Position numbers and translations under genes: made by a program. From positions 96,906,001-96,970,000 of the forward strand of contig OX597816.1 of NCBI GenBank assembly GCA_951406725.2: DNA of 64,000 bases, given 5' to 3'. Source of the stretch: Octopus vulgaris (lineage: Eukaryota). Below are positions 41,571 through 56,069 of the stretch, piece after piece (position 1 is the first letter of the stretch; each line of letters starts with the position of its first letter). The notes beneath the pieces were generated by a model that worked only from the letters and a program-made list of their open reading frames with translations, did not search any database and was not told the origin of the DNA.

Positions 41571-42165
41571 TTTTCAGTATCAGATAACTGATTGCTTTTC
41601 TGCACCCTTTCAGCTGAAACATCACATGTGAAGAATGTAGGTTGAACTGTGATTTGTTATCGAAATCGAAGTCAGAAAATAGCTTTTAAGAGTTCAACAA
41701 TTTCTCTGCAAAAGGTGGACATTCTGTTGAGATAATTTAACATGCTGCACCTACTTTATTGACAACGCACAATCTCTATTTTGGCAGAAATGTCTCCAAA
41801 TATTTCATTTTATCATATCATCTACCTTATTGATTACCACATATGCACCACCAGGTAGATACTTTGTAACTGATTTCTTCAGGCTCGTTTCTACAGATAC
41901 TGTTGATGAATCAGATTCAGTTTCTACATCTAGGGGTTAGCACTGTGAAATTAAGGTGATCTTAAAAAAGCACTCCATAATGTTCTATTTTTCCTTTGAA
42001 TAGAGTTACTTTTATGCCCATCTGTTAAATTTATCTTCGACACAACTTTATTTTCTCTAAAAATGAGAAGTACTGTCTGTCAGAATTCAAAGTATTAGAA
42101 TCATTGTCAAATATTAGAAGTATTGGATATCATAGCAAATACGAACCATTACCTTTAGCAGAGCA

Positions 42166-42380
42166 CGAGGGAATGCTGAAAAGTTCCTGGCTTTGGATAA
42201 AAGAAATTACAGGAGTATCTTAATTATGATTTTATTCAACACATTCCCCTCTCAGATTCACACACTTATTGCAGCGGCCCTTCATTTTCCCTCAGCCTTG
42301 TAAAAGAACTTGGAAGGTTGGGTCATCGACCAGGCCTTTTGCGATACTCTTAAAATTAGGAATTTTTCACCACCCTCTCG
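42166..42380. mobile_element. Mariner-derived MITE
   Basis: TIRs cgaggg..tgctgaaaagttcct and aggaatttttcaccaccctctcg, with TA on the right flank. Internal piece resembles a mariner 3' end. Confidence 0.75.
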
Positions 42381-42844
42381 TACATACAGATTAAAAGCCA
42401 TCTCAATACACGTAAGTTCAAACCTTTGGCAACTTCTAGATGCTCCTGTGACATGTGTTGAGTTTTTTTTTATCGTGCTGGTATTAAGTTAATGGTGACT
42501 GTATCATTCCATTCTTAGAGGATAATTAACAGAAAGATGGCAGTAATGTCGAAACAGAGAAATTGTGGCACTGTGGAACCTCCTCTTTTGCTCTTCTTGA
42601 TTTTACAGCACTTAATAATTTCCCATTTGCATGCAAATGTGGAATACATAATATCGTATTACATGTTATTTGTGCAAAAAAGAACTAAACTAAATTCATT
42701 TTGCAAAAATGAAAATGATCGTTATACGTTTCGTATTAATTTCTACAGAACCATAAATACTGCACGCTTATTTTATTTACTATGTAAGAGTAACAAAAGT
42801 ACTACACCGCAAAAATTATCTATAAGTATTCCAAAAACTAATAC

Positions 42845-42893
<49 letters not shown>

Positions 42894-42977
42894 CTGGGTA
42901 TATATATGATGCAAAATTTACAGCAATAAGCTAAACAGACAGCTAACAAAACACATGGTGATCCTTAGCATATGAAA

Positions 42978-44230
42978 TACAAGGCTGGGATAAGAAGTTC
43001 ATAGGATGACTATGAAAGAGTGATGCTAGAACTATAATATCTTGCATGCATTAATTTCAACCCTTCTTATTAATAACTACATTGTTTCTTTCCGAGTAAG
43101 CTGACATCTCACTGTTCAAAGAGGACTTCAAATGTAACTAGTAGTGACGTCTCTTGAAAAATGAACGAAATTTAGCATCGTGGTTTTATCAAGTACTGGC
43201 AGAAAAATGCTTTAGTCCTCAACGACATACATGCTGACATAAGTGCTATATTAGGGGATGACGCTCCAGCTTTATCAACAGTGCAAAAGTGGGCAGCTGA
43301 AGTTAGGAGGGAAGGGGAGAAACTTGAAGATGACCCAAAGTATGGACGTCATGCAACTTCCACCAACGAGGAAAAAATTGATCGTCTTCCCCACATGATG
43401 GATGACAAGCGACTGATTTTAAATCAAATAGCCAATGTTATTAGTATATCCTGTGAGAGAGCTGAGAATATTCTGCACAATGAACTTGGCATGACGAATG
43501 TTTCTGCTCGGTGGACGCCACGTTTTCTGAAACCTGATCAAAAGCGAACCAAGCAGATCACATCACGGGAAAATTTGATATCGTTTTGAGGCAGATCCAG
43601 CTGGTTTCCTTGAACGTCTCCTAAGCCAGTATTAGTATTGGCTTCATCACTCTGCGCTAGAGACAAAAGACAATACATAAAGAGGAAACACTCCGCCTCA
43701 CTTGCTTCAAAGAAGCCAAGTTCATTTCATTTTCATGAAGGTGAATCCCCACAGTCTTTTAGGATGAAAAAGGCATTGTGTACTATGCCAGCTTATCGAG
43801 ACAGTTACAAAAGTCGATCAAGACCAAACGCCCAGGCAAACTAAGGAAAGTTTTCATGTTTCATCAGGACAATGCTCCAGCATACAAGTCCTTAGTTTTA
43901 ATGGCTACTGTGCGTGACTATGGTTTTGAACTGGCTGATCAACTTTCCTAATCTCCTGATTTGGCTCCATCTGACTATCGCCTGTTCCCGAACATAAAAA
44001 GCACTTGGCTGGGAACCAGTATCGCAGAGATGATAAAATCATATCTGCTACTGATAAGTTTTGTGACCAACTAGATGAAAGCTTCTTCATTAAGGAAATC
44101 TAAATACTGCAACACTGACGGAAGAAGTGTGTGGAGTGCAAGAAGGACTGTGTTAAAAAATAAACCCCATTTGAGCACATTGCATGGGAATATCTAGGTT
44201 AGTCTATGAACTTTTCAGTCGATCCTCGTA
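42978..44230 (+). mobile_element. Full-length decayed mariner (DD34D) transposon
   Basis: Degenerate TIRs (tacaaggctgggataagaagttcatag and ctatgaacttttcagtcgatcctcgta). Motifs STVQKWAAE, LEDDP..GR, VSARWTPRFL, FHQDNAPA, SPDLAPSDY.LF. Confidence 0.92.
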
Positions 44231-45639
44231 AGTAAAACAGCGCACAAGATCTCTAAACAATTACATAAAGCTATCAAATAATATACAGCTGTGAATTGCA
44301 GTGATGTGAAGAGGTTTTTGAGATATTGGGAGAAATCAATGCAGTAGACAACATTTCTTTAAAGGTAGAAATTTACTGACTAAAGTTCCAGTGAGACAAA
44401 CACTAAACATCATATCAGCCTCGTTACCAGCTATAAAACTGCGAAAAGTATTAATGTTCTGTACAACAAAAGTATTCTTTCACTGTCCACAAAGGCAAAT
44501 TACATAAACAAAAAGGCAAAGTAACCATGACTACTCCTCAGATTTCAAAGTTCGAAGTTTTCTACGTGGCCACAGTAGCTAGCTAAATGGCACAAAGATA
44601 TGTCATGTAAGAATATGAATTTCCTTATAACTGAGTGATTTTTCCGTGTTGATGGCATTGATTACAAATAAGGCCAATCCTCGCGCGAAATAGGTGGGGG
44701 AAAATAGAGAAAGTAAGCGTTAGTTGTGACAGCTGTTGTTGTTGTTGTTGTTGCTGCTGCTGCTGCTGCTGCGGCTGCTGAGACTACTGCTGACCTTGCG
44801 CTTTGTACATTTTACCTTAACTGTTCTCTTTCGTTTCACATTAGCAGTTACTTCCGATGATGACAAAGTGACACTAATTGAACAATTCTGGTTTCAGTTT
44901 ACAACGTTTTGCCACAATCTCAGATCATTCCAATTATTTTGAAGGTTGACTTTGATGGTTTTGTAACAGCGGAGAGGAAATGATTGTGGTCTTTTCTATG
45001 CGGTTTACAATTTCACTAAATCTAACTATGCATAAGTCTAAATTCATCCGCAATAAGGAAAATGTATGTCATTCTACAAGCTTCTTCAACGAGGTGTAAA
45101 TCTACGGCCGTATTTTCCTGATTTAAAAAAAGTGACTGTGTATGGTATGTATGATCTTGTCAAATCCTGTCCCACGAGGATTCATATTTTTGAATGAAAG
45201 ATGCTGTCAGCTGAAGGAGTTTATGCTCTTGCAATTAGCTGTTTACGGAAGAGGAAAGCTTTAAAAATGACGATGCCCATCATTGATCTTTTTTGCTTTT
45301 GTTTCTGTTATTAGTAAAGCCTTACTTCTACAGAAAAATAGCTGTTTCGATGCAGGTTTTGAAAGGTAGCATTTTTAATTTTATCACTGACCGAACAATA
45401 CTAAATAAAAATAAAGTTTGTGCATTGCTACTCATGTTAAATAATTTTTTTTACTGTAAGTGTATTTTGTAATTTTAGTGTCTGTAGTTTCACACACTCA
45501 CACGTACGCACTCACGCACGCACGCACGCACGCACCTATGCATGCACGCACCTATGCATGCACGCACACAAACAGTGTACTGTTCCGTGATGGCTAGATC
45601 AACAAAAAGTGCTCCATCTGGTGAGAGGTAAACATTTAA

Positions 45640-46312
45640 TAAGCACAATATATGAGCTACTATGAGCTACTATTAGTTTCATACGATGAAAGCAACTCAG
45701 ACAACATTTTTTGATGCATCTGGTACCTTGACGCTGTCCTTAGGCAGTGCCTACATAGCATATCAAGCTAAAAACGGGACGACAGGCTGAAAGGAAAAGC
45801 GAGAAAGAAGTAAATATAGAAAATAAAGAACCAGAAAACGAAAAAGAAAACAGAAAAAAGCTAAAGGGGGGAAATTAGATTTCTGTCGCCTTTCACTGTA
45901 AATTCATAAGGCTGAAAGGTTAGTGGACTAGAGTCTGGTTAGTACAGCGGCTCAATCTGGAGAGAGTGGTTGTTTCCAATTCGCCAACAGGAATTTACCC
46001 TTATGTTTGCAACTGCTGAAAATTTCAGATCTGGTATTCAGCAGTGTAGTATAGTTCTTAGATCTGAAAAGGATCTGTGTTCTTTCAGATACGCATAGAT
46101 TAAATATTTTTGATCCGTTGACATGGTGTGGTTTTTTAAAACTATTTTCCACTTTACTGCATGTGATGTGGTATTACATTTAAAACCCCATACATGGCTG
46201 GCCATCTTAGTGTCTTTACTTTTGTCCCCGTGTCGGAAGGAAGATATGTGGTTAACATAGCAATTTTTGAAGTCGATTTCACATAACCCGATGTAGCCCT
46301 TCTTTCAGTTGT
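45640..46312 (-). mobile_element. Penelope-like 3' fragment (GIY-YIG C-half plus 3' UTR with decayed hammerhead)
   Basis: YIGLCEIDFKNCYVNHISSFRH..HVW..KWKI and NLCVSER..IL....LLNTRSEIFSSCKH. Downstream GAAACuaauaGUA remnant at ~45665-45685. Confidence 0.8.
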
Positions 46313-47739
46313 GTGATACATACATACATACATACATACATACATACATACATACATACATACATACATACATACATACATACACATATATATATATATA
46401 TAAGAAACAGAAATCGAATCTCCCTAATTTTCCACTATATCATTTTAAATTAAAAACGCCTTCGGAAAATTTATATATACTGTATATTAAAAATAAAATG
46501 ATCGATTGGTTACAAGTGGACTGCTTTTTGATTATAAGTCCGTTTAATAAGAGCTAACCAGGATCTAAATAACGTCTTTTGCTTTAAATTAGTTGATTAA
46601 AAAAAACCGTTTTGCAAAATGTCGTTTCAACAGTTATCTGGTGTAGTTTAGTTACAAGTGATTATCTCTTAAAACTGGAACATACCATCAATGAAGATGT
46701 CTAACACTGTAAATTAGATTTCAGGGAGCTGAAGCTATAGTCTTCCTCTGATAGTGTATCTATCTTGCAGAGATGTATACATTAACAGAATGTGAAGAAT
46801 TTTGAGTATTTTTGTTTTAAGTGTATCACAAGTTATGTTAAATTAACTTAGACATTAAGATTGATGTAGAAGGAGATATTAAATGTCATTTCTAACCAAC
46901 ATACATATGTAAAACGAAAGCTGTTTTCATTAAATCGGAGCAGATTGGAGAGACGTCATTAAAAGAAAAAACCCATTGAAACTTGTTTCTTACTGTATAT
47001 TTCCGACATCCAAAATATTTCTTGTGATGTATGATGGCGCAGTTTATTTTGACGACCTACTCGACAAGTTCTCTGAGCCTCTCCCTTGAAAGAAGCTATG
47101 AAATCTAACTGTAATTATGGATGGCTTCTGTACCGTTAAGCGATGTGTTTGAGATGTAACAGCGATTTTGCAAGTTGCAATTTGTGAGGAATTTATATCT
47201 TCAAATCACAACTTCCTACCATAACAATAGAGTGCAGTTCTGCGTATATAAAAGTCGGTATAGTCACTGCTTGAACGCCTTTAATTATATAACCCCCACT
47301 CTTTAACGATATCAGAAAGTATTGTTCGGTAGCATCCGTAAACAGAATGCTAAAAAAACCTGTCATTACTGGATGTTTCAAGCGCTTTAGAGTTGTTCGA
47401 AGGAAACGTTTAAGCATTCCGTTTATCTAACCACTTCTTGCTTTAAGCAATACATTGATCATTATGCACCACAAGCAGAATGTTTTGTACTCAACAATAT
47501 TGCGTGAGTCAATTCCTAAAACTGCTGTGACAATTAGTTAAAGGTTAAAATATTACTAAATGCAAATAACCAAGATGTCATTCAACTATCTTCTTGCTAA
47601 CAACATGGCTAGCAGTTAAGAATAAGGTAACCATTGTGATAACTTATTGATAAATACAGTTGTTTACGGCAGATGTAAAAAAAAAAAATATTCGTATGAG
47701 ACATAGATGTATGTTTGTTTTACATCTTCTTCCATCTTT

Positions 47740-47975
47740 TTGGGGCTGTCTTCGAATGAGTCCTTATGACTTGGAGCATCTGGTGGGTGATATGTAGTGC
47801 ATATTACCATTTTGATTTGTTTAATGTGTACTACAAGAGTGTCGTAAGCAGTTTGAGTGTGACAGCAGTTCGAAACAGGTTTTGGTATGTGTATCTCAGC
47901 ATCTTCCACTTCACTGGTCAGATGTGTTTCTGTTAGTGCCACGCATGTTGCTCGATTACATGAAACTAAGTCTCT
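47740..47975 (-). mobile_element. LINE APE-endonuclease N-terminal fragment (CR1/Zenon-like)
   Basis: ALTETHL..EVEDAEIHIP and ICTTYHPPD motifs. Confidence 0.7.
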
Positions 47976-48334
47976 CAGGTATGGAGTTTTTCACTGATAT
48001 ACAGTAGGAATACTGGTGTAGCATATAGTGTTAGTAGAGGCAACAGGTCTATAATATGTATGTATGCATTTATGTATGTATGTATGCATAAATAATATGT
48101 ATATGTCGATATATGTATGTGTGTGCTTGTATACATTTGTATGAGAGTGTGTATGTGTGGGTATGTGTGTGCATATACATCGCTTACGCAAAGTAAAAGA
48201 CAACTGACTCCTGGCAAGAAGTTTCTCTTCCTTGGTATAAAAAAAGATGCTTGATGTCCTGACAACCACCCCCTGATACACTCACACGCACAAATATATT
48301 GAAAGCATGTATGTAAAGTTATAAACCTAACTTG

Positions 48335-48501
<167 letters not shown>

Positions 48502-49079
48502 CATATACATATGCACCCGTATACACCTACATATACACACATTAATAAATATATATATGTAGGCATATGTATTCAAAAATATAAACAAACATATACATAA
48601 TACATATATACATGTATATGTGTGTGTGTGTTTGTGTGTCCGTGTATATCTGTGTATGTACACACATATATATTGAGAGAGGAAGAGAGATTAGAGATGA
48701 GATGGTTGAGCTAGACAGTTGTGTTTATACATCTAACTTCAATTGACTCGACTGGAAGTAGCGATACCATGCGTACGATATACCTCTTGTGATTGGCAAG
48801 TGAAAGGAAGCTGTCAGTTTACCTTAGTAGCAATACACTTTTGAAAAAATGGAGAGCGAACCACAGAGAAACCGGAATGATAAATATATACATACATACA
48901 ATCGTGTGCGCGCTCACACACCCAATGCTTACATACATAAATGCATACACACACACACACATATATGTGTGTGTGTGTGTATGTGTGTGTATGCCTGTAT
49001 GGATGTACGTATGTATATATATATATATATACATCCATACATGCATATATATATATGTGTGTGTGTGTATATGAATCTG

Positions 49080-49156
<77 letters not shown>

Positions 49157-50101
49157 ATGTGTTTGTGTATATATATATATATACATACATATATATTTGT
49201 ATATATATATATACATATATATATATACACATATATATTTGTATATATATATATATATACACATGTCTATATACTCGTATATATACAAATATATATATCC
49301 TTTTAATTTATTATATGACGGAACGCACGCATCCATTTCTAAGTAAGATTGTTCTTGATATTTATAATGATGCACACTCTTGACCTTTCTGTCCCCTCCT
49401 TTTCTCAGCCTTCATTTTTTCTGGCTTCCTTTTCTTCTACCTTACTGTCTCCCTCCCTCTCTCTCTCTCATTCTTTCTGGTTTCCTCACAGCCATTCCCT
49501 TTTTTCTCTCCCTTTCTCTTGCTCCTCTTCCACCCTCCCGTCGTTGAACCGCGACGAGAGCTCTGCTACTGCCTTTCTGGCCTGGCGTCCTTGAAGTGTA
49601 GACGGCATTTTCTGTTGCTCCTTCGCCGTTCTCAAAAATAGCGTTCGTAACACTATCTCGTTCGGCTTAACAGCCCTTCTTGTCTTGTTATTCTCCTTGT
49701 CCTGTCTTTCACTGTTTATATTTTGTACTGTCGTTACTGTCCTGTTTTTGTTACCATTTTTACCCCTTCGCAAAAAGATCTCAAATTTTATTTAATTTGC
49801 TTTTCGCGGGAAGGAAAGTTTCTATCGAAGATGCGTATCGCCTTCACCTTCGAAACGCAGAGTAGATGAAACCATGGCGACTGAAGAAGAGGAATTTTCC
49901 TTGTGTTATTTGTCCTGTACTCTATTTTTTCGTTGTTTAAGACAAATGTCCACCTCCTTGGTTTTGTGTTTATGTTTTCGTTTCTCATTATGTTCGACGT
50001 TTTTTGTGGTGCCCTGTACCCATATATGCATGTGTATATATATGTAGAGGTATATACGTACATATATGTATGTATATATGCATATGTGTTATTTATTAAT
50101 T

Positions 50102-50137
<36 letters not shown>

Positions 50138-50870
50138 GCAAGCGTCGAATGATGAAAATGTGTGCTCAACACCGCATTGGTGGATAGAATTTCTTTATTT
50201 GTGAATTAACGCTACCATTGGTTTCATGTTAAAAAACAGCAAAATATCATCGAAGCGACTATGAAGAAACGTTGCTCCACGGGTTACGTAGCTCTGAAGT
50301 ATGAGAGTCTCTCCAGGTCGAGAGATGACAGTTGCAGTACAGCGGACATGTGATTAGAGTACCACAGGAAAGAATTGCAAGACGGATTCTTCAAGCGGAG
50401 CCAACCGGTAGGATAACTAGTGGTAAACTAAGAACGCGATCTATAGATATCCTCAGTTGCTCACAGTAGGGAATCCAGCCGAAAAGTCTAATGATGATTA
50501 TTTCTGACAGGACGCAATGAAAGAGGTACCACGAATTTCTTAGGAGCATTGGCCGGAGAAGATGGTTGGATGAATGAAATATAACACATTTGCTAATAAG
50601 AAAATATCGTTAGGCAAATTATTAATTAAAAAGAACACAGTGGAGACAATTCTGAAATTTTAATTAATTCATAATGCAATATGAGCAATACAATGGAGAG
50701 AAGACACGCACCCTAACAGTGCAGCGGCGACAGCAGAATTAATTAAGATATTTTCGTCCATGACATTAAGTATGCTACAACCAATCTTAACATTTGTTTT
50801 TTTGTTATGCAATGTTCCCAGTTTTTTCCCATGGTCCCCTGTTCAAGTTTTCTCAGTGTTTATTGGCGAT

Positions 50871-50915
<45 letters not shown>

Positions 50916-51621
50916 ACATACATACATACATACATACATACATAATACATACATACATACATACATACATACATACATACATACATACATACATACATAC
51001 ATACATACATACATACACACACATACATATATACACGTATATGAATATATACAATCACAAAGACATTCACGCTCGCACGCGGAAATGTATGACTGCAATG
51101 CAAAATGTATTTTATTGTGCATTTTAATATGACAGTTTTATTTCAAGGGTATCTGCCTGTAATTTCCAGCAGGTCCTAGAAGGTTCCTTTTTGGCATGGA
51201 ACGTGATAATTCATTGAACGGCGAGTGTGTCGAGTATGTAATTGTTTGAACTGTTGTATTATTGGATTCCAATTTCTGTTGAATACCTGTTGGGCATTTG
51301 AATTCATTCAATCCCATTTTAAATACAATCCTTGAGAATCAATAAACTGGATGGTCACAGTTGAAACGATTTTGATTATAGGTTTTTGTGTATCGAGCTG
51401 ACCTGGTGTTAAGTAGCAGCAGCCGTAATGACAATGGCAACATCAGAAACATGAACTTGAGACGAAATTCCAGTTTGTTACATTTCTGGTGAGGGAAGGA
51501 TTGAAGAGTGTGTAGTGCAAGTAAAAATGTACATTGTGGAGTTTAAAGTTGAACGCGAAGGAATGTCAGGTGTATGTTTCGCATAAATAGTGGAAGGGGT
51601 AGTTCAATATTTCTTAATCAG

Positions 51622-51765
51622 TGAGGTCGACTTTGCTTTTCATTCTTTCGGGGTCGATTAAATACATACCAGTTACGCACTGGGGTCGATGAAATTGACC
51701 TACTCGCTTTGTCTGTCCTTGTTTGTTTTCTCTATGTTTAGCCTCTTGTGGGCAATAAAGAAGTA
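51622..51765 (+). mobile_element. 5'-truncated Meta-like SINE with probable TSD
   Basis: gaggtcgactttgcttttcattctttcggggtcga ... gggcaataaagaa, flanked by ttcttaatcag on both sides (~51611 and ~51771). Confidence 0.85.
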
Positions 51766-52689
51766 AATAATTCTTAATCAGAGTAGTATTCTCCTTTGTG
51801 TTCTCGTAGAGCCAGGTGAGAGGTTAAGGCTGGCCGGAAAGAACTATCATCAAATTCATTCTGTCTCTGTAATCATTCTGTTTAGTTCGGAGGATACTTA
51901 AGTCTAAATAATCTAAGTGCTATCCAGTTTTACGATGCGATTTGACAGGAATCTGACATCCGTTTCTAGCAGGTCGAACGACTAGGTAGAAAGTCATACA
52001 TACGTAAATAAGTATATATATACATACATACATACATACGTAAGTAAGTATATATATACATACATACATACATAATAAAGGTAAGCGAGATAAACACGAA
52101 AGAACCAATCTATAGCTGCAGTGTGCTACATAACAAAAAGAAAGCTCTCCCCGACTCCAAACAAATAAGGAAATAAGATATACAAAGCAAAACCTAAAAT
52201 AAAAAATAAATAAAATAAAAATCAGATGTAAAATTGTTTTGTTTAAAATGTATTTTACATACAATAACTTTAAACTGTAAAATAAATTTCAGCCATGCGC
52301 ATCAACAACTATTTACGATATCCGGTTATTATCCTATACGCGATGAAACCTTATTTTCAGTATGCTTTATTGCTTGACATCGATTCAGTGTGACGTTCGT
52401 TATAAATCGTTTATAGTTAAAAGTGTTTGTATATGCTATCAATAATATTGGAAATCGATATATCTATACTAGGGAGGCGTTACATAAGTATACGTTATGA
52501 AGAAACGATACAAACAACCCCGTTAAAGTGTAACATGTATACTGACAATTCAATACACACGCTTGTATACACTCAGTCTTGCACACACACATATGTATAT
52601 ATATATATATATATATGTAATATGTATGCATGTATATGTATGCATGAATGTAAGTATGTATGTATATATGTATATATATATATATATGC

Positions 52690-52720
<31 letters not shown>

Positions 52721-52745
52721 CAGATATACATACATAAATATGTAC

Positions 52746-52808
<63 letters not shown>

Positions 52809-53472
52809 CGTATATATATATATATGTATGTGTGGCTGAGTGTTTAACTGTTAATGTCGAGAGAAGCACAAATCTAATGAGAAATCAACATGTAGTGAAG
52901 AAAAGATATTAGCTCAATGACCAATACTTTCCTTATTTGTACAAGTATGGGAAGCAATTCCAGAGATGGTTTCGGTTTTATCAAACCTCTTCAGCGATGT
53001 ATAAATGTCACTGTACATACGGGAACCATTGTTGAGAAGATCATAATATTGATGGATAATACATGCAAGCAGGCCTGAATAGCTAACATCGCTTGAAAAC
53101 AGAAATGAATCAACTCTTAGGTTAATTACAAAAGTTTTTCTCTCAACACGTCGAAATGGCGGATGAAGTGCATGTTTCGCTGTTGAGGTATAAAATGAAA
53201 ACACACTCGTTGTTATCTCCTGTACTTGTTGAAATGATTAAAATAATTAAGCACTTTTCTCATTAAGTTTGTAATCAAGTCTATAATGGTAAATAATTTA
53301 TGTCTTACTATTCGCGGACTAGTAACACAAGATAAGTAAACCCCAGAGGGAGAGCTTGCGACTACTTGGGTATACTAAACAAGTTATAAAGACCTGCCTA
53401 GACCAAGTCTCTAAAGTATGAAATTTTTAATAGCACATGACTACATACTGTATCCATCCATCCATCCATCTA

Positions 53473-54044
53473 CGCTGGCGAAAATAAATTTATGACTGAT
53501 GATAAAAGTTCTATTTCTTACAAAATATTTTGTTACTAACACCATACAAATTATTTTTATCTTTTACGCCTGAATCTGATCGAGAACTTGTGGAATTATG
53601 TTTCCAAATAAGTCCATGCTAAAAAACCATCTAATCTAAAATATCAATGGAATATGGCAAAACATTCCCATAGAATTTTGTAATCACTTGGAGAATTCAA
53701 TGCCGAGGCGTGGTTCAGCCGTTATCAAGAATAAAGGCTACGGCACAAAGTACTAATATGTATTTCGTTCTTGTTGCTCATTTTTGCTACAAACTTAAGC
53801 TTTAAATAAAATTGTAATGATACGGTCTTAAACTAATTTTGCCGGTAAATTTGAAATGTTTATGTTAATCTAGCATTAGAATTCTTCAGGTTGTATAAAA
53901 ATAGCTGTTGTGTACATCATTCGAAGGAGAAATATATTCTGCATAAGGTGTAAAAGATTAAAAAAAATTGTATGGTGTTAGTAACAAAATATTTTGTAAG
54001 AAATAGAACTTTTATCATCGATCTTAAATTTATTTTCGCCAGTG
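53473..54044. mobile_element. Tc1/mariner-type MITE with ~100-bp TIRs and TA TSD
   Basis: ta|cgctggcgaaaataaattt...ctaacaccatacaa and ttgtatggtgttag...aaatttattttcgccagtg|ta. Confidence 0.88.
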
Positions 54045-54246
54045 TATATATATATATATATATATATATGAATAGTTGAATGAATTATCTTATTAAGGAT
54101 AATTCGAATTAACCGGTACCTGGGTAGCAAATTCACATCAGAAAAAACACGTTTACGTGCTTTTATGTGGAAATTTGTATGTTTATTTTTAAAATATACA
54201 TATATGAAAGAATGGAGCTGAACGACGAATTAACAAAATTCCTTTA

Positions 54247-54329
54247 TTTTCGACATATGTTTCGAAGGCTGCATATTCCTAATTGCGAAGGAATAAGGAG
54301 TACATTATGCCGCTTTCTCATCAGGAAAA
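54247..54329 (-). ncRNA. Type-I hammerhead ribozyme in a PLE-like 3' UTR
   Basis: Minus strand: UUUUC CUGAUGA gaaagcggcaua...uaugcagccuuc GAAAC auau GUC GAAAA. Core intact, long imperfect stem II. Confidence 0.8.
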
Positions 54330-56069
54330 GCAAGGAACTTATGTCAACATCAAAATACACAAAAAACTTTCAGATGATTGCTCACACGGAACCCATAGCT
54401 GTAATGAGTGTCTCTTTAAAATATTCCTTTATAAGGAGTGACGTCAAAGTGGTTGAAAGTAGAAGAATCTAGAAGGTTCTAAAGGTTCAAGGGTTCAAAC
54501 GAAGTTGGAGGAGAGAGACAAAAGAATAGGAAGGTGAAAGGGTGCAGGTCATATGAATGGTGGATTTTGTTAATTTCTTTTGTGAATGAGTGCCTGTGTG
54601 TGTGACTGTATATAACTGCATTAATGTGTGTATGTATGTGTATGCGTGATTGTGTATGTGGATGGGTAGATGTCAGAAAACAGACAGTGGTGAGGTGAGA
54701 GGTTGTGTCTGTGTGTTTGATTGTGCTTACTATAGAAAGAGGGAAATAGAGAGAGAAAGAGAGAGAAAGAGAGGGCGAGGTAGAGGGACAAAGGCAACAA
54801 CCTCACTGGATTGGGTAGTAGTTCTTTGAAAGTATAAAAAATTTTTTTATGACTATGGGGGTGACATATATAAAAAAAGAAGTTATATTAATTAAAATTC
54901 AAGGGGTTATATATATTAATCATTATACATATGAGTGAAAGGTGTATTTTTGCCAATGCATGCACCTGTATGACCTCTCGACGATTGTATTTATTAAAGA
55001 GACTTTGGCGAACAAAATATAAAAATGTTCAGAATTACAGATGCCACAAAGTTTTCTGCCCTTATCAAACGGAAAGGACACCGACAATATGGACCATTCC
55101 AGCTTGAAAGTTGTATTGCTGTCCTTCAGACGCCAAACTAATTTACTTAGTCCCGTGCTGTAGATATTTTGTTGGACGGCCGTTGATTGCTCATGAGTTC
55201 CTCCGCCCTTTGACGGGTCTTACTTTTCATCCCGCAGGGTGTCCAACAAACAGTGGGGTTGCCAGTTTAGTCGCCAACGATTCGATCATGCAACAAGTTG
55301 TACTGGGTTACATGTTACCAGTAGTACTCAAGAGCCACCTGGCATATTTTTTTAACTTTTATATATATATTATTTATATTTAAATCTTACTTTATTTATA
55401 TTTTTGAACTGCATATCTTTTATTTTTTTAATATTTAATTCTTATTTATATTTGCAAATCATGTCGTACTTTTTATGTAAGAATGAGCTAGTCTGCATTG
55501 GACACCGGATTCATATTCGGTCCTTTTATAGAGTGAGTATCGGTTTGGTGTCTGGAATGGGATAGCTTACCTCATCGGCAGGTAGAAGCTCCTTAACCTT
55601 GGTTGGTAATCTACCTAGGAGAAGGAAACCTCCGAAATAAAACCTGAAGCCCTGGAAGTTCCCGGTTTTGTCAATTTTCATGTGTAAAGAAAAGCAGCAA
55701 ATTAAAGAATATAGCTGCATTTATACAGAAAATCAATAATAGAAAATAACAGATGCAAAAAGAAACAAATACACAATACACAAATACAGCAAAAGAAGTA
55801 TTAAGTATAACCTCTAACAGATATGGATTTGTAAACGCTCTCGCGAAGGTAGTATGGCGCATGTACACTCGCTCATACAAACATACCGAGAAGGATCGAT
55901 GCTAGATGGGTCGAAGCAGTTGTAGTGATTAATACAATCTTCCATCTTCTGTCTCTTTTATTAACCAAATACACAACGAACAGTGTGAAAATGAAAGTGT
56001 TTACGGGTAAACTACCAGGTATATATCATAAGATTTCTTATCATATATGTATATATATATGTATATATC

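Noticed and set aside
52960-53000. Minus-strand CUGAAGA-GGUUU-gaua-AAACC-GAAAC
   Set aside because: No GUH triplet and no stem I pairing. It is at most a decayed hammerhead and was not called.
55500-55560. Possible HDV-like ribozyme (GGACACC pairing with GGUGUCU followed by GG) in an RTE-like 5' UTR
   Set aside because: No P3/L3 with the required CC before the P1 3' strand. It is better explained as a simple long hairpin.
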